Shown in pieces: positions 17,323 through 27,337 of a stretch of DNA of 64,000 nucleotides. The notes below the pieces were generated by a model. That model was not told where the DNA came from. It was given only the letters and a program-made list of their open reading frames with translations, and searched no databases. How positions within the stretch are numbered: the first letter of the stretch is position 1; every line of letters starts with the position of its first letter. The stretch is from positions 5,691 to 69,690 of the forward strand of contig JAAYDW010000056.1 in NCBI GenBank assembly GCA_012729055.1, read 5' to 3'. The position numbers and the translations under genes were made by a program. The DNA comes from Deltaproteobacteria bacterium (GTDB lineage Bacteria; Desulfobacterota; Syntrophia; Syntrophales; Smithellaceae).

Positions 17323-18747
17323 ATGTTTAAAAAACTGCTCATTGCCGTCGGCGCTCTCATTGCGGTCATCGTCGCCGGAGTATTTGTCGCGGGCGTCATT
17401 GTTTACATGAAGGTCGATAAAGCCTTCATGGCGGCAAAAATGTCACAGGCGCTGAACCGGCAGGTCTCCATCGGAGACATCGATGCCGGCATCTTTTCCG
17501 TTGTGTCCGGCGTCGAAATCAAGAAGGTGACGATTTCCAATTTCAAAACGCCTCAGGAACTGGCCGGCTTGCAGGGGAAACCGGCGGCGGGCGACCTCTT
17601 CGCCGCAATGGAAGCGCTGCGCTTCAAGGTGAAGATTCTTCCGCTCTTCCAGCGGCAGGTCGAACTCAAGGAGCTGGTTCTGTACAGCCCGGTCATCAAC
17701 CTGTCCCGCAACAAACAGGGCGTTTTGAATATCGACGATCTCATCACATCCGGAGAGACGGCCGGCGATAAACGGCCTGCGCCGCAGGAACCGGCCCCAC
17801 CCATTTCCGCCGATGTGCTTCCGGTGGCGATTGCCGTGGGGGAAATCGGCATGAAAAACGGCACGATCAATTACCACGACGGCGAATACGACCAGAAAAT
17901 TCAGATCTACAAGCTAAACGCGCTCTTGCACGATATCCGCATCGACCCCGGGGCTCTCGAGCAGAAAAACGAAATGCAGCTTACGCTCGACATGGGCGTG
18001 AAGACGATCGGCGCTCTGAAAAACGGCAGCGTTGAAAATTTTGACGTCACGATCGACGCGGTGGGCAAGGTCATTCCCTTCGCCATCAAGACGCGGCTTC
18101 TGGACCCGGAAGTTCTTTTGCATGTTTCTCTCCCCGAGGGTGAAATCACCGGTCTGCAGATTTTCAACGCCTTTGCGTCTGTGCCTGTTTTGGGGGATTA
18201 CCTGGGCCGGCATCTTGCTTTTCTGAAGGAGAAGCAGCAGTGGAAAGGTTCAAAACTAAACAGCCTGGATCTGCGCTACAAGGCGCCGCAGGTAGCCGTT
18301 CAAAACGGCAAACTGGAGCTTAAAGACGCAGGAATATCTTTTGACGGCATCATGAACACGAAGACGCAGGCCGTTGATATGAACCTGGGCGTTTTGCTGA
18401 AGAAGGAAATCAACGACGCCGTCAGGGCGTCGCTTGCCAAACAAATTGAAGCGGCCATTCAAAACCCCGAGGTCAGAAAATACGCCGATTCGGGAAAGCT
18501 TGCCGATCTGGCGATGCAGCCTCTTTTCAACAAAGACGGCCAAATCGATTTAAAAGCAAAAATCGGCGGCACCGCCAAAAAGCCGGAAGTGAAACTGACG
18601 CGCCCGCAACTGGGATCTCTCGGCAATTTCGCTAAGGACAATGCCGGGGGCCTGGCGCTCGAAGCGGGCAAAGACGCAGCCAAAAAACTCCTCCGGGAAG
18701 ACCGGCAAAAACTTCTGGAAGATGTCGGCAGCCTGTTGAAAAAGTAA
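17323..18747 (+). CDS. AsmA-family envelope protein
   Basis: N-terminal transmembrane anchor (LLIAVGALIAVIVAGVFVAGVIV) followed by a long beta-rich periplasmic region with AsmA-like N-terminal wording (LNRQVSIGDIDAGIFS). An AAAGGGGG RBS is present. Confidence 0.65.
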   Translation: MFKKLLIAVGALIAVIVAGVFVAGVIVYMKVDKAFMAAKMSQALNRQVSIGDIDAGIFSVVSGVEIKKVTISNFKTPQELAGLQGKPAAGDLFAAMEALRFKVKILPLFQRQVELKELVLYSPVINLSRNKQGVLNIDDLITSGETAGDKRPAPQEPAPPISADVLPVAIAVGEIGMKNGTINYHDGEYDQKIQIYKLNALLHDIRIDPGALEQKNEMQLTLDMGVKTIGALKNGSVENFDVTIDAVGKVIPFAIKTRLLDPEVLLHVSLPEGEITGLQIFNAFASVPVLGDYLGRHLAFLKEKQQWKGSKLNSLDLRYKAPQVAVQNGKLELKDAGISFDGIMNTKTQAVDMNLGVLLKKEINDAVRASLAKQIEAAIQNPEVRKYADSGKLADLAMQPLFNKDGQIDLKAKIGGTAKKPEVKLTRPQLGSLGNFAKDNAGGLALEAGKDAAKKLLREDRQKLLEDVGSLLKK

Positions 18748-18821
18748 GGCCAGTCGCCCGGCAGGACGCCTGTGCGGAGAGCTGCTGCGCGTCTTGGGTT
18801 CTCGACGGCAAACGGCCTTTG

Positions 18822-18859
18822 CCCCGGCACTGTGCCGGTAAGCCGGTATAGTGCCGGGG
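18822..18859. terminator. Strong hairpin between convergent genes (possible bidirectional terminator)
   Basis: CCCCGGCACT ... AGTGCCGGGG forms a 10-bp stem. There is no clear U-tract on either side. Confidence 0.4.
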
Positions 18860-18958
18860 GAGCCTCAACAAAAACGAGAACGCAAGTTACATCTGAAGCA
18901 TCCGTAAGCGGAAAGTCTCTTCTGCAAGGATTGGTTCAGAATCGCGCAGGAAGGTGTT

Positions 18959-20446
18959 TTATTCACCCCAATTGGTTTTGCCGCTGCAGCGGTCCAGCTC
19001 CTGATCCATCCAGGGAAGAATCTTTGCCGCGGGAATCTTGTAAGTGGGGCCGATGTAGGAACAGTCGTTGAACCAGTAATACGGCGGAATCGTCATGGAG
19101 ATTTTCTGTTCCGCCGGAGGAACGTATACGCTGACGCCCAGGTCCATGATCGCTTTATGGTCGCAGGCTCTTATCTTCACAACTTTTCCATTGACATAGC
19201 GGTAAGTGTCTCCTTCCCAGATTTTGATGATCTTTTCCGGATCGGTGCTCTTGGCCCGTTCCATGACGCTCAAGAGCCAGTAGGTTTGCATCAAGACGGA
19301 AACGCCGTTGCCGAAGGCTCCGACATTCCGGACGGATTCTGTGTCGTAAGGCGCCTTCCAGTTTGCCGACACCTTTTTCCAGATTTGATAGTACTTGGCA
19401 TAGGATGGTGAGGACTTAAAGGGATCGGGCATATCGAAGGAATCGACCCGAACGAATCCCTTGGTGCCTTCCACGCCGATATTCCGCAGCATCGCGACAT
19501 CGTTCATGAAGATGTTGGCAAAAGGAATATTCAGCTTCATTTCATAAGCCTGTTTCGCAAGATTGGCTCCATCAGGAAGAAAGTCGCCTGACAATATAAT
19601 GTCGGCGCCTGAAGCTTTGACCTTGGTCAGATATGGCGCAAAATCCGTCAGGAAGAGCTTATGGTAGTCTTCGCCGACAATCTGACCCTCGGGATGATAT
19701 TCCTGGAGGCCTTTTTTGAAAGCGGCGGCAAGAGCGCGGCCGTAACTGTAATCCTGGTTGAGGATATAGAACTTCTTTTCCTTTTTGCTGATCTGGCCGA
19801 AATAGTAAGCTAGGGCGCGCCCGGATTGTTCGACGGAGTAATAGGAATGGAAAGCATAACGCGAGAAGTTTTTTGCATCCTGCAACTCATCCACCATGGA
19901 GCCGAGATTGACGGAGATAATCTTATACTTATTCGCCGTTTCATTCATGATCTTGACATGGTGGCTGCCGTCGCTGCCGATAAAGGCATGGACCTTTTCC
20001 TGTAAAGCCATCCGTTCGCATACCTTTTTGCAGGTATCCGGCTTGCCCAGATGATCGGCCTTGATGACCTGGATGAGTTTTTTCTTGCCGTCGACCCAGA
20101 TGCCGCCGCGCTTGTTGATATCGTGCGCCACCCATTGGACCAGCGTGTAATACCACAGACCCTGAATCGAAGCCGGTCCTGAAAATGAAACGACGACGGC
20201 CAGTTTGATGGTGTCTCCCGTGGGGACGACGGAGGTGCCGGGATCGTAATCGGACATATCGCTCATCTTATTCACGTCAAAAGCGTCGTTGGGTTTGGCC
20301 GCCCACTGGTCGAGCGGATCCGTTTTTGCAGGCTTTGCCTTCTTGTCCGCTTTGGCTGCGTCGACCGTAAAAGGGCAGTAGGCAACGATCAGGAAAAAAG
20401 CGAGAACGCACGAAAAAATAAACCTTCCTTTTGCAAACTTTTCCAT
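18959..20446 (-). CDS. Periplasmic substrate-binding protein, type-1 PBP (LivJ/branched-chain or aromatic-acid binding family)
   Basis: 495 aa with a signal peptide. The body is typical of Leu/Ile/Val-type binding proteins. A GAAGGAGGAAG RBS is present. No permease or ATPase genes lie adjacent. Confidence 0.8.
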   Translation of the reverse strand: MEKFAKGRFIFSCVLAFFLIVAYCPFTVDAAKADKKAKPAKTDPLDQWAAKPNDAFDVNKMSDMSDYDPGTSVVPTGDTIKLAVVVSFSGPASIQGLWYYTLVQWVAHDINKRGGIWVDGKKKLIQVIKADHLGKPDTCKKVCERMALQEKVHAFIGSDGSHHVKIMNETANKYKIISVNLGSMVDELQDAKNFSRYAFHSYYSVEQSGRALAYYFGQISKKEKKFYILNQDYSYGRALAAAFKKGLQEYHPEGQIVGEDYHKLFLTDFAPYLTKVKASGADIILSGDFLPDGANLAKQAYEMKLNIPFANIFMNDVAMLRNIGVEGTKGFVRVDSFDMPDPFKSSPSYAKYYQIWKKVSANWKAPYDTESVRNVGAFGNGVSVLMQTYWLLSVMERAKSTDPEKIIKIWEGDTYRYVNGKVVKIRACDHKAIMDLGVSVYVPPAEQKISMTIPPYYWFNDCSYIGPTYKIPAAKILPWMDQELDRCSGKTNWGE

Positions 20447-20492
20447 TTTCTTCCTCCTTCTCTATTTTTAAAAAACGGTTCTGTGTCGTTAT

Positions 20493-22157
20493 TCATTTAC
20501 GCTTGCGGAGTTCCATCTCTTCGTCGCGCAGCATCCGCCGCAAAACCTTGCCGACGGCCGACTGGGGAAGGGCCGGCCGAAATTCAATCGTTTTGGGCAC
20601 TTTGTACGCCGCAAGCTTTTCCCGGCAAAACGCGATGATCTCTTCCGGCGCGGCTTGCTCCCCGCTTTTCAGAACAACAAAAGCCTTCACGGTTTCTCCC
20701 CGGTAATCGTCAGGAACGCCGACGGCGATGGCATCCCGGACTTTGGGATGCTGGTGCAGCACTTCGTCGATTTCCCGCGGATAAATGTTGAAGCCGCCGG
20801 CGATGATCATGTCTTTCTTGCGGTCGATGATAAAAAAGTATCCGTCCTCATCCTGGGTTGCAATATCCCCCGTATGCAGCCAGCCGTCCCGGATCTGCAA
20901 CGCCGTTTCTTCGGGCATATTCCAGTAGCCTCCGGTTACGGTGGGGCCTTTGATCACCATTTCGCCCGGCTGGCCCTGAGGGACTTCTTCTGTTCCGGAA
21001 TCAAGATCGACCAGACGCACATCCGTGTCGATGACGGGAATTCCGATGCTGCCGACTTTGGAAAGACCCAGGATGGGATTTTGCGTTCCCGCGCAGCACG
21101 TTTCGCTCATCGACCATCCTTCGCCGAAATAGATGCCCATATCTTTGATGCGATGAATCGTTTCCACGGGGATGGGAGCGCCGCCCGAGTTGAGCATGCC
21201 TAGTTTCTTATCGAGTCTCAACGCCTCCGCCCGGGGGTGGGAAATGACCGCGTTGATCATGGTCGGAACGGTGGGGAATAATAAAATCTCCCTGTACTTC
21301 GCGAGCGTGTCCATCATTTCGTCGGGTTGAAACTGGGGGACTAAAATTTGCGTGGCGCAATTGAAAACAGACATGTTGATGATCGCGATATTGCCGTAAA
21401 TATGGAAGAAAGGAATCGCCCCGAGAAAGCAGCGGCGCTCCGGCGGCGTCAATTGGGCGATGGGACTGATCCAGAGGGACTGTCCGATCGTCGCCGAGAT
21501 CACGTTGCCGTGGCTGAGGACGGCTCCCTTGGGCACGCCGGTCGTTCCGCCGGTGAACTGAATCAGGGCCGGATCGGTTGGAGCAATGGCCACGCGGGGA
21601 CGCCGGGTGGCGGTGCAGCCGGCCAGCACCGCTGAAAAATAAAGCCAGCCTTTTTCCAGCTCCGGCGGTTTGGCCGCCGTTTCTTTTGCTCCGGCATAGT
21701 CGTTCAACCGGGTGACAATGACGCGCTTGATCTCCACACGCTGGCAGAGTTTTGCGACAGTGGATGCGGCCGTGTCGATCGTGAAGAGCAGCGAAATGCC
21801 GGTGCTGTTGAAAACCCCTTCCAATTCGTCGGGTTTATAAATGGGATTGAGATTGACGACAATGGCCCCCAGGGAGAGCGCGGCATAATACGCGATGATG
21901 TACTGAGGGCAGGTGGGCAGGTGCAGTCCGATGCGATCGCCTTTTTGCACGCCCAGGCCGGTCAGGGCATTGGCCATGCGCAGCACCTGCTGGCGCAATT
22001 CCCAGAACGTTATCTCTCTTTCCAGGAAGTGGATCGCCGCTTTGTCGGGATAGGCATTCGATGGGATCTGCAGAAGATCCGCCACGGATATTTGCGGCGG
22101 CCGTAAGGACGTCGGAACATTATAATCGTAAAATCGATGCCAGGGTTTCTGGGCCAT
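20493..22157 (-). CDS. AMP-forming acyl-CoA synthetase
   Basis: Motifs QFTGGTTGVPKG, GEGWSMSE, TGDIA and PQSAVGKVLRR. The start is placed at MAQKPWHRFYDYNVP, which has a GGGAGGGAAAG RBS. Confidence 0.9.
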   Translation of the reverse strand: MAQKPWHRFYDYNVPTSLRPPQISVADLLQIPSNAYPDKAAIHFLEREITFWELRQQVLRMANALTGLGVQKGDRIGLHLPTCPQYIIAYYAALSLGAIVVNLNPIYKPDELEGVFNSTGISLLFTIDTAASTVAKLCQRVEIKRVIVTRLNDYAGAKETAAKPPELEKGWLYFSAVLAGCTATRRPRVAIAPTDPALIQFTGGTTGVPKGAVLSHGNVISATIGQSLWISPIAQLTPPERRCFLGAIPFFHIYGNIAIINMSVFNCATQILVPQFQPDEMMDTLAKYREILLFPTVPTMINAVISHPRAEALRLDKKLGMLNSGGAPIPVETIHRIKDMGIYFGEGWSMSETCCAGTQNPILGLSKVGSIGIPVIDTDVRLVDLDSGTEEVPQGQPGEMVIKGPTVTGGYWNMPEETALQIRDGWLHTGDIATQDEDGYFFIIDRKKDMIIAGGFNIYPREIDEVLHQHPKVRDAIAVGVPDDYRGETVKAFVVLKSGEQAAPEEIIAFCREKLAAYKVPKTIEFRPALPQSAVGKVLRRMLRDEEMELRKRK

Positions 22158-22251
22158 TGCTTTCCCTCCCGATTTTTTCCCAGAACACCATAGAGGAGAA
22201 AAAGACGCAACAGTCAAAGACCGGTCATGTAATGGTCATTGAAATAGACCA

Positions 22252-23586
22252 CTATTTAAACGACAGCAAATGGGCCCGCAAATTTTTATTCTTGTGCTCG
22301 AGGGAAAACTTTTTTCTGAGGCGCTTGCGGTAGTTGTTGGCTGTGTGTACGGCGATGTTTAAAATCTGCGAAATTTCTTTGGCGGATTTCCCCTCCTTGA
22401 CCAGGTCGGCGATCTGGATTTCCCGCGGAGTCAGATTAATCCGGCCGGCGGTGAGATTGGTTAAGAAAGGGGAAACGATTTCATTCAGGTGGTTCTCCAG
22501 AATATCGATATATGCCTGCTGAACCTTGTCCAGACCGGAGATTTTGAGTTTGTTTAAATACGGCGTGATCAGGTTTTTGACGTTTCCGGCGATTTTCTCC
22601 TCCATTTCGTTTCGATCATTCGTGCGGTGCTCGAGCAGCACCTTGAGCGCGGTATTGGCTTCTTCAAGGTGCAGGGATTTATCTTTCAGTTCCGAAACCG
22701 CATTGCGAAATTCTGTAATATCCTGCATGGATTCGATTGCGCCGATCAGGCGGTTGTTGTGATCGTAAATCGGGCTGGCCTTGCACCACAGCCAGCGGGT
22801 TTCTCCGTGCAACTGGAAACTGTGCTCCGCGTAGAGAAAATTATTCTCTTTGCGAAAAAAAGAATAGCGCGTCAGATCTCTCTTGCGCGGATTTCGCACC
22901 ATGTCGATCAGCATCGGTATTCTCCTGCCGTAGAAAGGCAGAGCATGCTCATAATTGCTCTTGCCGATCATGTGCTCGGATTTCACGCCCATCATCTTTT
23001 CCATTTCGCGGTTCCAGATGATAATCCTGCCTTCCCTGTCGACGGCAAAGGTGGGTTCCGGCAGGAAACTTACGATATCCGCCAGGATGCGTTCGGATTT
23101 TTTAAGCGCTTCTTCGGCTTCAACCTGTTTCGTGACGTCGGTGACAAAATTGATTACGGCGGGGCGTCCTTCCCAGAGAACGGCGGTTCCGATAATCTCC
23201 AGCCAGATCACCTCTCCCTTTTTGTTGACGCCGCGATAACGATATTTATCGACCGGTTTCCCGGCCAGTTTTTTTTGATAGCTTTGCAGCGCGACCCTGT
23301 AATCGTCGGGATGCGTCGTTTCCCGCATGTGCTTTCCGATCAACTCCTCGATCGGACGGCCGTCAATTTCCGAAGCCCGTTTGTTGACGTACTTGTGAAT
23401 TTTATCCTGCATAATGACAATCGCCTCCTGGGCATTGTCCAGCATGGAGGTGATGTACTGGATGGGGATGCTGCTGAGACGGTCGTCCTTGCGGCCAGGA
23501 GGCGTTGAATCGGAATGGTCCGATCCGCGGTTTGGGCCGGCGTCTTTTTTAGCGGCGTTCTTTTTTAAGCTTTTTCCGGGCGGCAT
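22252..23586 (-). CDS. PAS-domain sensor fused to a LuxR/FixJ-type HTH transcriptional regulator
   Basis: Two PAS-like blocks are followed by the C-terminal LTPREIQIADLVKEGKSAKEISQILNIAVHTANNYRKRLRKK. There is no receiver domain. Confidence 0.85.
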   Translation of the reverse strand: MPPGKSLKKNAAKKDAGPNRGSDHSDSTPPGRKDDRLSSIPIQYITSMLDNAQEAIVIMQDKIHKYVNKRASEIDGRPIEELIGKHMRETTHPDDYRVALQSYQKKLAGKPVDKYRYRGVNKKGEVIWLEIIGTAVLWEGRPAVINFVTDVTKQVEAEEALKKSERILADIVSFLPEPTFAVDREGRIIIWNREMEKMMGVKSEHMIGKSNYEHALPFYGRRIPMLIDMVRNPRKRDLTRYSFFRKENNFLYAEHSFQLHGETRWLWCKASPIYDHNNRLIGAIESMQDITEFRNAVSELKDKSLHLEEANTALKVLLEHRTNDRNEMEEKIAGNVKNLITPYLNKLKISGLDKVQQAYIDILENHLNEIVSPFLTNLTAGRINLTPREIQIADLVKEGKSAKEISQILNIAVHTANNYRKRLRKKFSLEHKNKNLRAHLLSFK

Positions 23587-23672
23587 GGGCTCACTCTCCT
23601 GTCTTGGATGAAAAAAGAATAAGAATGCGGCGATGTCCTGTCAACGAGATCCGCAAAATACCAGGGGAGGCA

Positions 23673-24506
23673 TCACCCCTGGGCAAAGAAATCGAGAAGA
23701 ATTTTATTAACCCGGTCCGGTTCATCCAGTTGCAGCCAATGGCTGGCGCCGTCGATTCTCTGATACTGCCATTCCCCCGTAACAAAGGCCTCGGAAGCCA
23801 GCATCGGCTTTTCCGTGAGGTAGGCGTCGCCGCTGCTCCATATTCCCAGCGTGGGAAGCTTGACGGCTGGAATCAAAACCGGTTTAGCCAGTTCTCTTTC
23901 CGGTCCCATATTGGCCCGATACCAGTTCAGCGCCGCCGTCAAGGCGCCCGGCCGGGATAAATCTTTGATCCAGTTTTCCACTTCGCTGTGGTTTCTCAGG
24001 ATTTCCCGGAAGAGTTTCCAATCGTCGCGCTTAAGCAGGGCTTCGGCCGTATCCCTGAACTGGAAAAACAGCATGTACCAGGCTTTTTCCCGTTGTTCGA
24101 TGCTGCGCTTTTCCCGGTTGGCCATCGGATGCCCGACGGAAAGGACGGCCAGGCGGCCGATCCGCTGCGGGTAGAAGCATCCCATGACCCAGGCGATCAC
24201 GGCGCCCATATCGTGGCCGACAACGTGGGCCTTTTCGATGCCCAGCGTATCCAGCAGGTTGATCATATCGCCAACCAGAACGGTCAATTCATAGTCCTGC
24301 GTCTGCGCCGGTTTATCCGACTTGCCGAATCCCCGGACATCAGGCGCGACCACGCGATACCCGGCCTTCACCATCGCGGGAATCTGATATCGCCAGACGG
24401 CCGACGTGTCCGGAAACCCGTGAATGAACAACACCGCCGGACCGGATCCGGCGTCGATGATGTTGAGCCGAATTCCTTTGACATCGATTATTTCACTTTT
24501 CATCAT
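23673..24506 (-). CDS. Alpha/beta hydrolase, epoxide hydrolase / haloalkane dehalogenase-like
   Basis: HGFPD oxyanion motif, and the nucleophile elbow GHDMGA, which has an Asp nucleophile as in epoxide hydrolases. Length is 277 aa. Confidence 0.85.
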   Translation of the reverse strand: MMKSEIIDVKGIRLNIIDAGSGPAVLFIHGFPDTSAVWRYQIPAMVKAGYRVVAPDVRGFGKSDKPAQTQDYELTVLVGDMINLLDTLGIEKAHVVGHDMGAVIAWVMGCFYPQRIGRLAVLSVGHPMANREKRSIEQREKAWYMLFFQFRDTAEALLKRDDWKLFREILRNHSEVENWIKDLSRPGALTAALNWYRANMGPERELAKPVLIPAVKLPTLGIWSSGDAYLTEKPMLASEAFVTGEWQYQRIDGASHWLQLDEPDRVNKILLDFFAQG

Positions 24507-24867
24507 ATCCTCCCAGACAGCTGTTTCATAGCGATAAAGGCCGGAACGCCGGCTCTCTTTTTAAATCCCTGCTTTCTTAACTTACAATGAAACGCAGGAC
24601 AGATTCAAGCAGAGTCTCTTTCCCCATCCGGGGCTTTCCACCATCCGGCGTATTTGGCGCCGCTTTTGAGCGTCTGCGAAGTTCATGGCGGCTGCCGATG
24701 AATTTGGAATTTGTCATTTCCTGCTGATGATGGTATGGGCTGCTTGAGCTTCCGGGAGAATCCGGTCAGCCAGGAATTTCCAACGGCAGCTTTTGCCCTG
24801 CGCCGCCTTTAAGAGTCGCGTTCGGGGCATGAATGACAAAATGTTCCGATAACCATGGGAAAATAAA

Positions 24868-25431
24868 ATGAAAGAAATCGATTTTGCCCTGATGCTGATG
24901 AAAGACGGAAAGATTTCCGCAGCCAAAGATATGCTGGCCGATCTTCTCGAGTCCGACCCGCAAAATCCCGACATCCTTTTTCATCTGGGCATGTGCTACA
25001 GCCAGCTCGACAATCCCGAAAAAGCCGTCCAGGTGCTTTCTGCTTGTGTGAAGCATCATTCCGGTTATGCGGACGCTTATGTGGCGCTCGGTTACGCTTA
25101 TGCACTGCTCCGGGAGAACGGGCCGGCGCGGGAACATTTCCAAAAGGCGCTGGAAATCGATCCGGAGAATTCCTTTGCCCTGCAAAACCTGGGGAATCTG
25201 TACGGAATGGAAAACGATTTTGCGCAGGCGATTGAATGCTTCGAAAAATCGCTCGCGGTCAATCCGGCGGATCAGCAGACCGCCTACTCCGCCGGTTATG
25301 CCTGCTTTCAAACCGGGAAACTCGACAAGGCCGAAAAGTACTTCGGTGTGGCGGTCGATCTGGACAGATCGACACAGCTTGCCGAAGCCGCGATGGAAAT
25401 GATGCGCAGTATTGCTGAACGCAGCCGCTGA
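24868..25431 (+). CDS. TPR-repeat protein
   Basis: Repeated 34-residue TPR pattern (AxxxLxxALxxDPxN... several times). Confidence 0.8.
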   Translation: MKEIDFALMLMKDGKISAAKDMLADLLESDPQNPDILFHLGMCYSQLDNPEKAVQVLSACVKHHSGYADAYVALGYAYALLRENGPAREHFQKALEIDPENSFALQNLGNLYGMENDFAQAIECFEKSLAVNPADQQTAYSAGYACFQTGKLDKAEKYFGVAVDLDRSTQLAEAAMEMMRSIAERSR

Positions 25432-25511
25432 ACACAGGCGCCGGGCGGAACTGGCCCGGTTAACGACGAAAACGGCAGAAAAACAAACCATATCGGTCGG
25501 AGCGGCATTCC

Positions 25512-26342
25512 ATGAAACAGGTTGACGGCAGCCAGGCGGTCCGGATGCGCTATGATCCTTGCCAAATTTTTGCACAGAGCAAATCACCGGCCGGTTTGTA
25601 TGCGCGCAAAAAATGGCTTGGCGAGGCTCTGCGTCCGGTCTGGCAAAATGACTTCAATGAAACCGTCCAGTCTCTGTTGGACGGGCAGTCCGCCGACGGT
25701 TCCTGGTCTCAAGACCCCGTGGAGACCATCAGGCGTCTGTTTGGCTTGCATCTGACCGTCCGGGAAAAAACGGGAGAAATCCTGAAGGCCATGGAGTGGC
25801 TGGTCCGCGAAACGCTAAATTACGATCTGTCGGGAACGTATTTTGACGACATCCCTGCCGCCGCGCTGCGCGAACTGCCTTTTGTGAACGCCCGGCAGTC
25901 GTTGCTTTTGGTTTGCGCGACGCTTTTTCTGGCATCCGTCTTTGGGCTGGAAAACAATGAACGAACAGAGGCGCATTACCGGCTGCTTTCCAGCTGGCTT
26001 GTCACCGGGAAGGATAATGAAGAGGTTTGGTCGGAAAAGAGCAACATTTTACGGGCTCTGGTCGTTTCCCCGGCGTATTCGCAAAATCCGGATACGCACG
26101 GCCTGGTCGCTGACCTGGAAAATCACCAGAAGCCGTCGGGCCTCTGGCCTGCTCCCATCCCTTTTTTCCTGACTGTGAATGCCCTGGCCCATCTGGATGC
26201 CGAATCGGCACAGCGCCAATGGCGCAAGGCCTGGCCCCTTTTAGCGGGCGCGCAGCAGAAGGACGGCGGATGGGGCAGCGACGAACGGGAATGGAACACC
26301 TTCCTGGTGGTCCACGCCCTGAAAAACAAACAGGTTCTGTGA
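25512..26342 (+). CDS. Hypothetical protein with prenyltransferase/terpene-cyclase-like (alpha-alpha toroid) repeats
   Basis: Repeated Q..DGSW / QKPSGLW / QQKDGGWG motifs spaced about 50-100 aa apart. Confidence 0.55.
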   Translation: MKQVDGSQAVRMRYDPCQIFAQSKSPAGLYARKKWLGEALRPVWQNDFNETVQSLLDGQSADGSWSQDPVETIRRLFGLHLTVREKTGEILKAMEWLVRETLNYDLSGTYFDDIPAAALRELPFVNARQSLLLVCATLFLASVFGLENNERTEAHYRLLSSWLVTGKDNEEVWSEKSNILRALVVSPAYSQNPDTHGLVADLENHQKPSGLWPAPIPFFLTVNALAHLDAESAQRQWRKAWPLLAGAQQKDGGWGSDEREWNTFLVVHALKNKQVL

Positions 26343-26390
26343 AGACATTGCATCCGTTTTCAAAAATAATTTATGAAGGAGAGGGGCAAA

Positions 26391-27224
26391 ATGGCGAAAA
26401 AAAATCTGGTTTACCGGGGTAAGTCAAAGGACGTTTATAAAATTTCAGGCGGCGCGTACAAAGGCAAATATCGGTTCGTCTTTACGGATCGGGCGACCGG
26501 CTATCTGGAAAACGGCAAGCCCGTTTTTGATCCCGGCTACGATATCGTCGTCGGCGAAATTCCCGGCAAGGGCGTGATCGCGTGCCGGTTTGCGACCCAC
26601 TTTTTCAAGCTGCTCAAATCCAAGGGCGTTCCGACGCACTTCATCGAGACCGTGAGCGATAATGAAATGATCGTGGAGCCGGCCCTGCCCCTGGGCATGA
26701 AAGCGGCCGCGCCGGGAATCGCAGGAGCGGAGCCGCTGGCGAACCTGGAATTCACCTGGCGCAACAACGCGACCGGCAGCTTCTGGCGGCGCTATCCCTT
26801 TATCCGTCCGTGTCAAAATGTCCATCAGGTCGTCGAGGCCTGGACCAAGGGCGAAAGCGACATTCTGATCACGCTGGAAGCGCTTCAGGAAACCGGAGCG
26901 CTCGGCGCGAAAGAGATTGGCCAAAGCGTCAGGCTGGTCAAGAAAATCGCCGCCATCGTTTCCCGGGAATTCACCTCGAAAGGACTGCATGTCATCGACG
27001 GCAAGTTCGAACTGGGCCGTCTGAAATACGGAGACGGCAAGATTGTGCTCATCGATGAAATTTCTCCCGACGTCCTGCGCGTCTGCCGCGGCTATCGGCC
27101 GGACAAGGACGGGCATTGCACGATTTTCAAAAAATGCGCCGTGACAAGCGCGACGGACGGCAAGCGGACCATCAAGAACAGGAACCAGGTGCCCGCGGCC
27201 GAGTTTATCGGCGTTTTTCTGTAA
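26391..27224 (+). CDS. Divergent SAICAR-synthase (PurC) family protein
   Basis: LVYRGKSKDVYKI N-terminus, EFTWRNNATGSF, and DGKFELGR...IVLIDEISPDVLRV all match the PurC fold motifs. The protein carries insertions and lies in a non-purine context. A GAAGGAGAGGGG RBS precedes the ATG at 26391. Confidence 0.7.
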   Translation: MAKKNLVYRGKSKDVYKISGGAYKGKYRFVFTDRATGYLENGKPVFDPGYDIVVGEIPGKGVIACRFATHFFKLLKSKGVPTHFIETVSDNEMIVEPALPLGMKAAAPGIAGAEPLANLEFTWRNNATGSFWRRYPFIRPCQNVHQVVEAWTKGESDILITLEALQETGALGAKEIGQSVRLVKKIAAIVSREFTSKGLHVIDGKFELGRLKYGDGKIVLIDEISPDVLRVCRGYRPDKDGHCTIFKKCAVTSATDGKRTIKNRNQVPAAEFIGVFL

Positions 27225-27232
27225 GGAAAACA

Positions 27233-27260
27233 GGCGCGGCCGGAAACCGCGCCCGTTTGA
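27233..27260 (+). terminator. Possible terminator after the PurC-like gene
   Basis: GGCGCGG-ccggaaa-CCGCGCC followed by CGTTTGAT, which is a weak U-tract. Confidence 0.4.
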
Positions 27261-27275
27261 TCCGAAGGTCCGGTC

Positions 27276-27303
27276 TTGACAAATTCCGGTCCGAACCTAT
27301 AAT
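27276..27303 (+). promoter_or_regulatory. Consensus sigma70 promoter upstream of the radical SAM gene
   Basis: TTGACA-16 nt-TATAAT, with both hexamers perfect, about 35 nt upstream of the ATG at 27338. Confidence 0.6.
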
Positions 27304-27337
27304 GTAGTAAATATTCAACAAGTTGTAAGGTGAGTTT

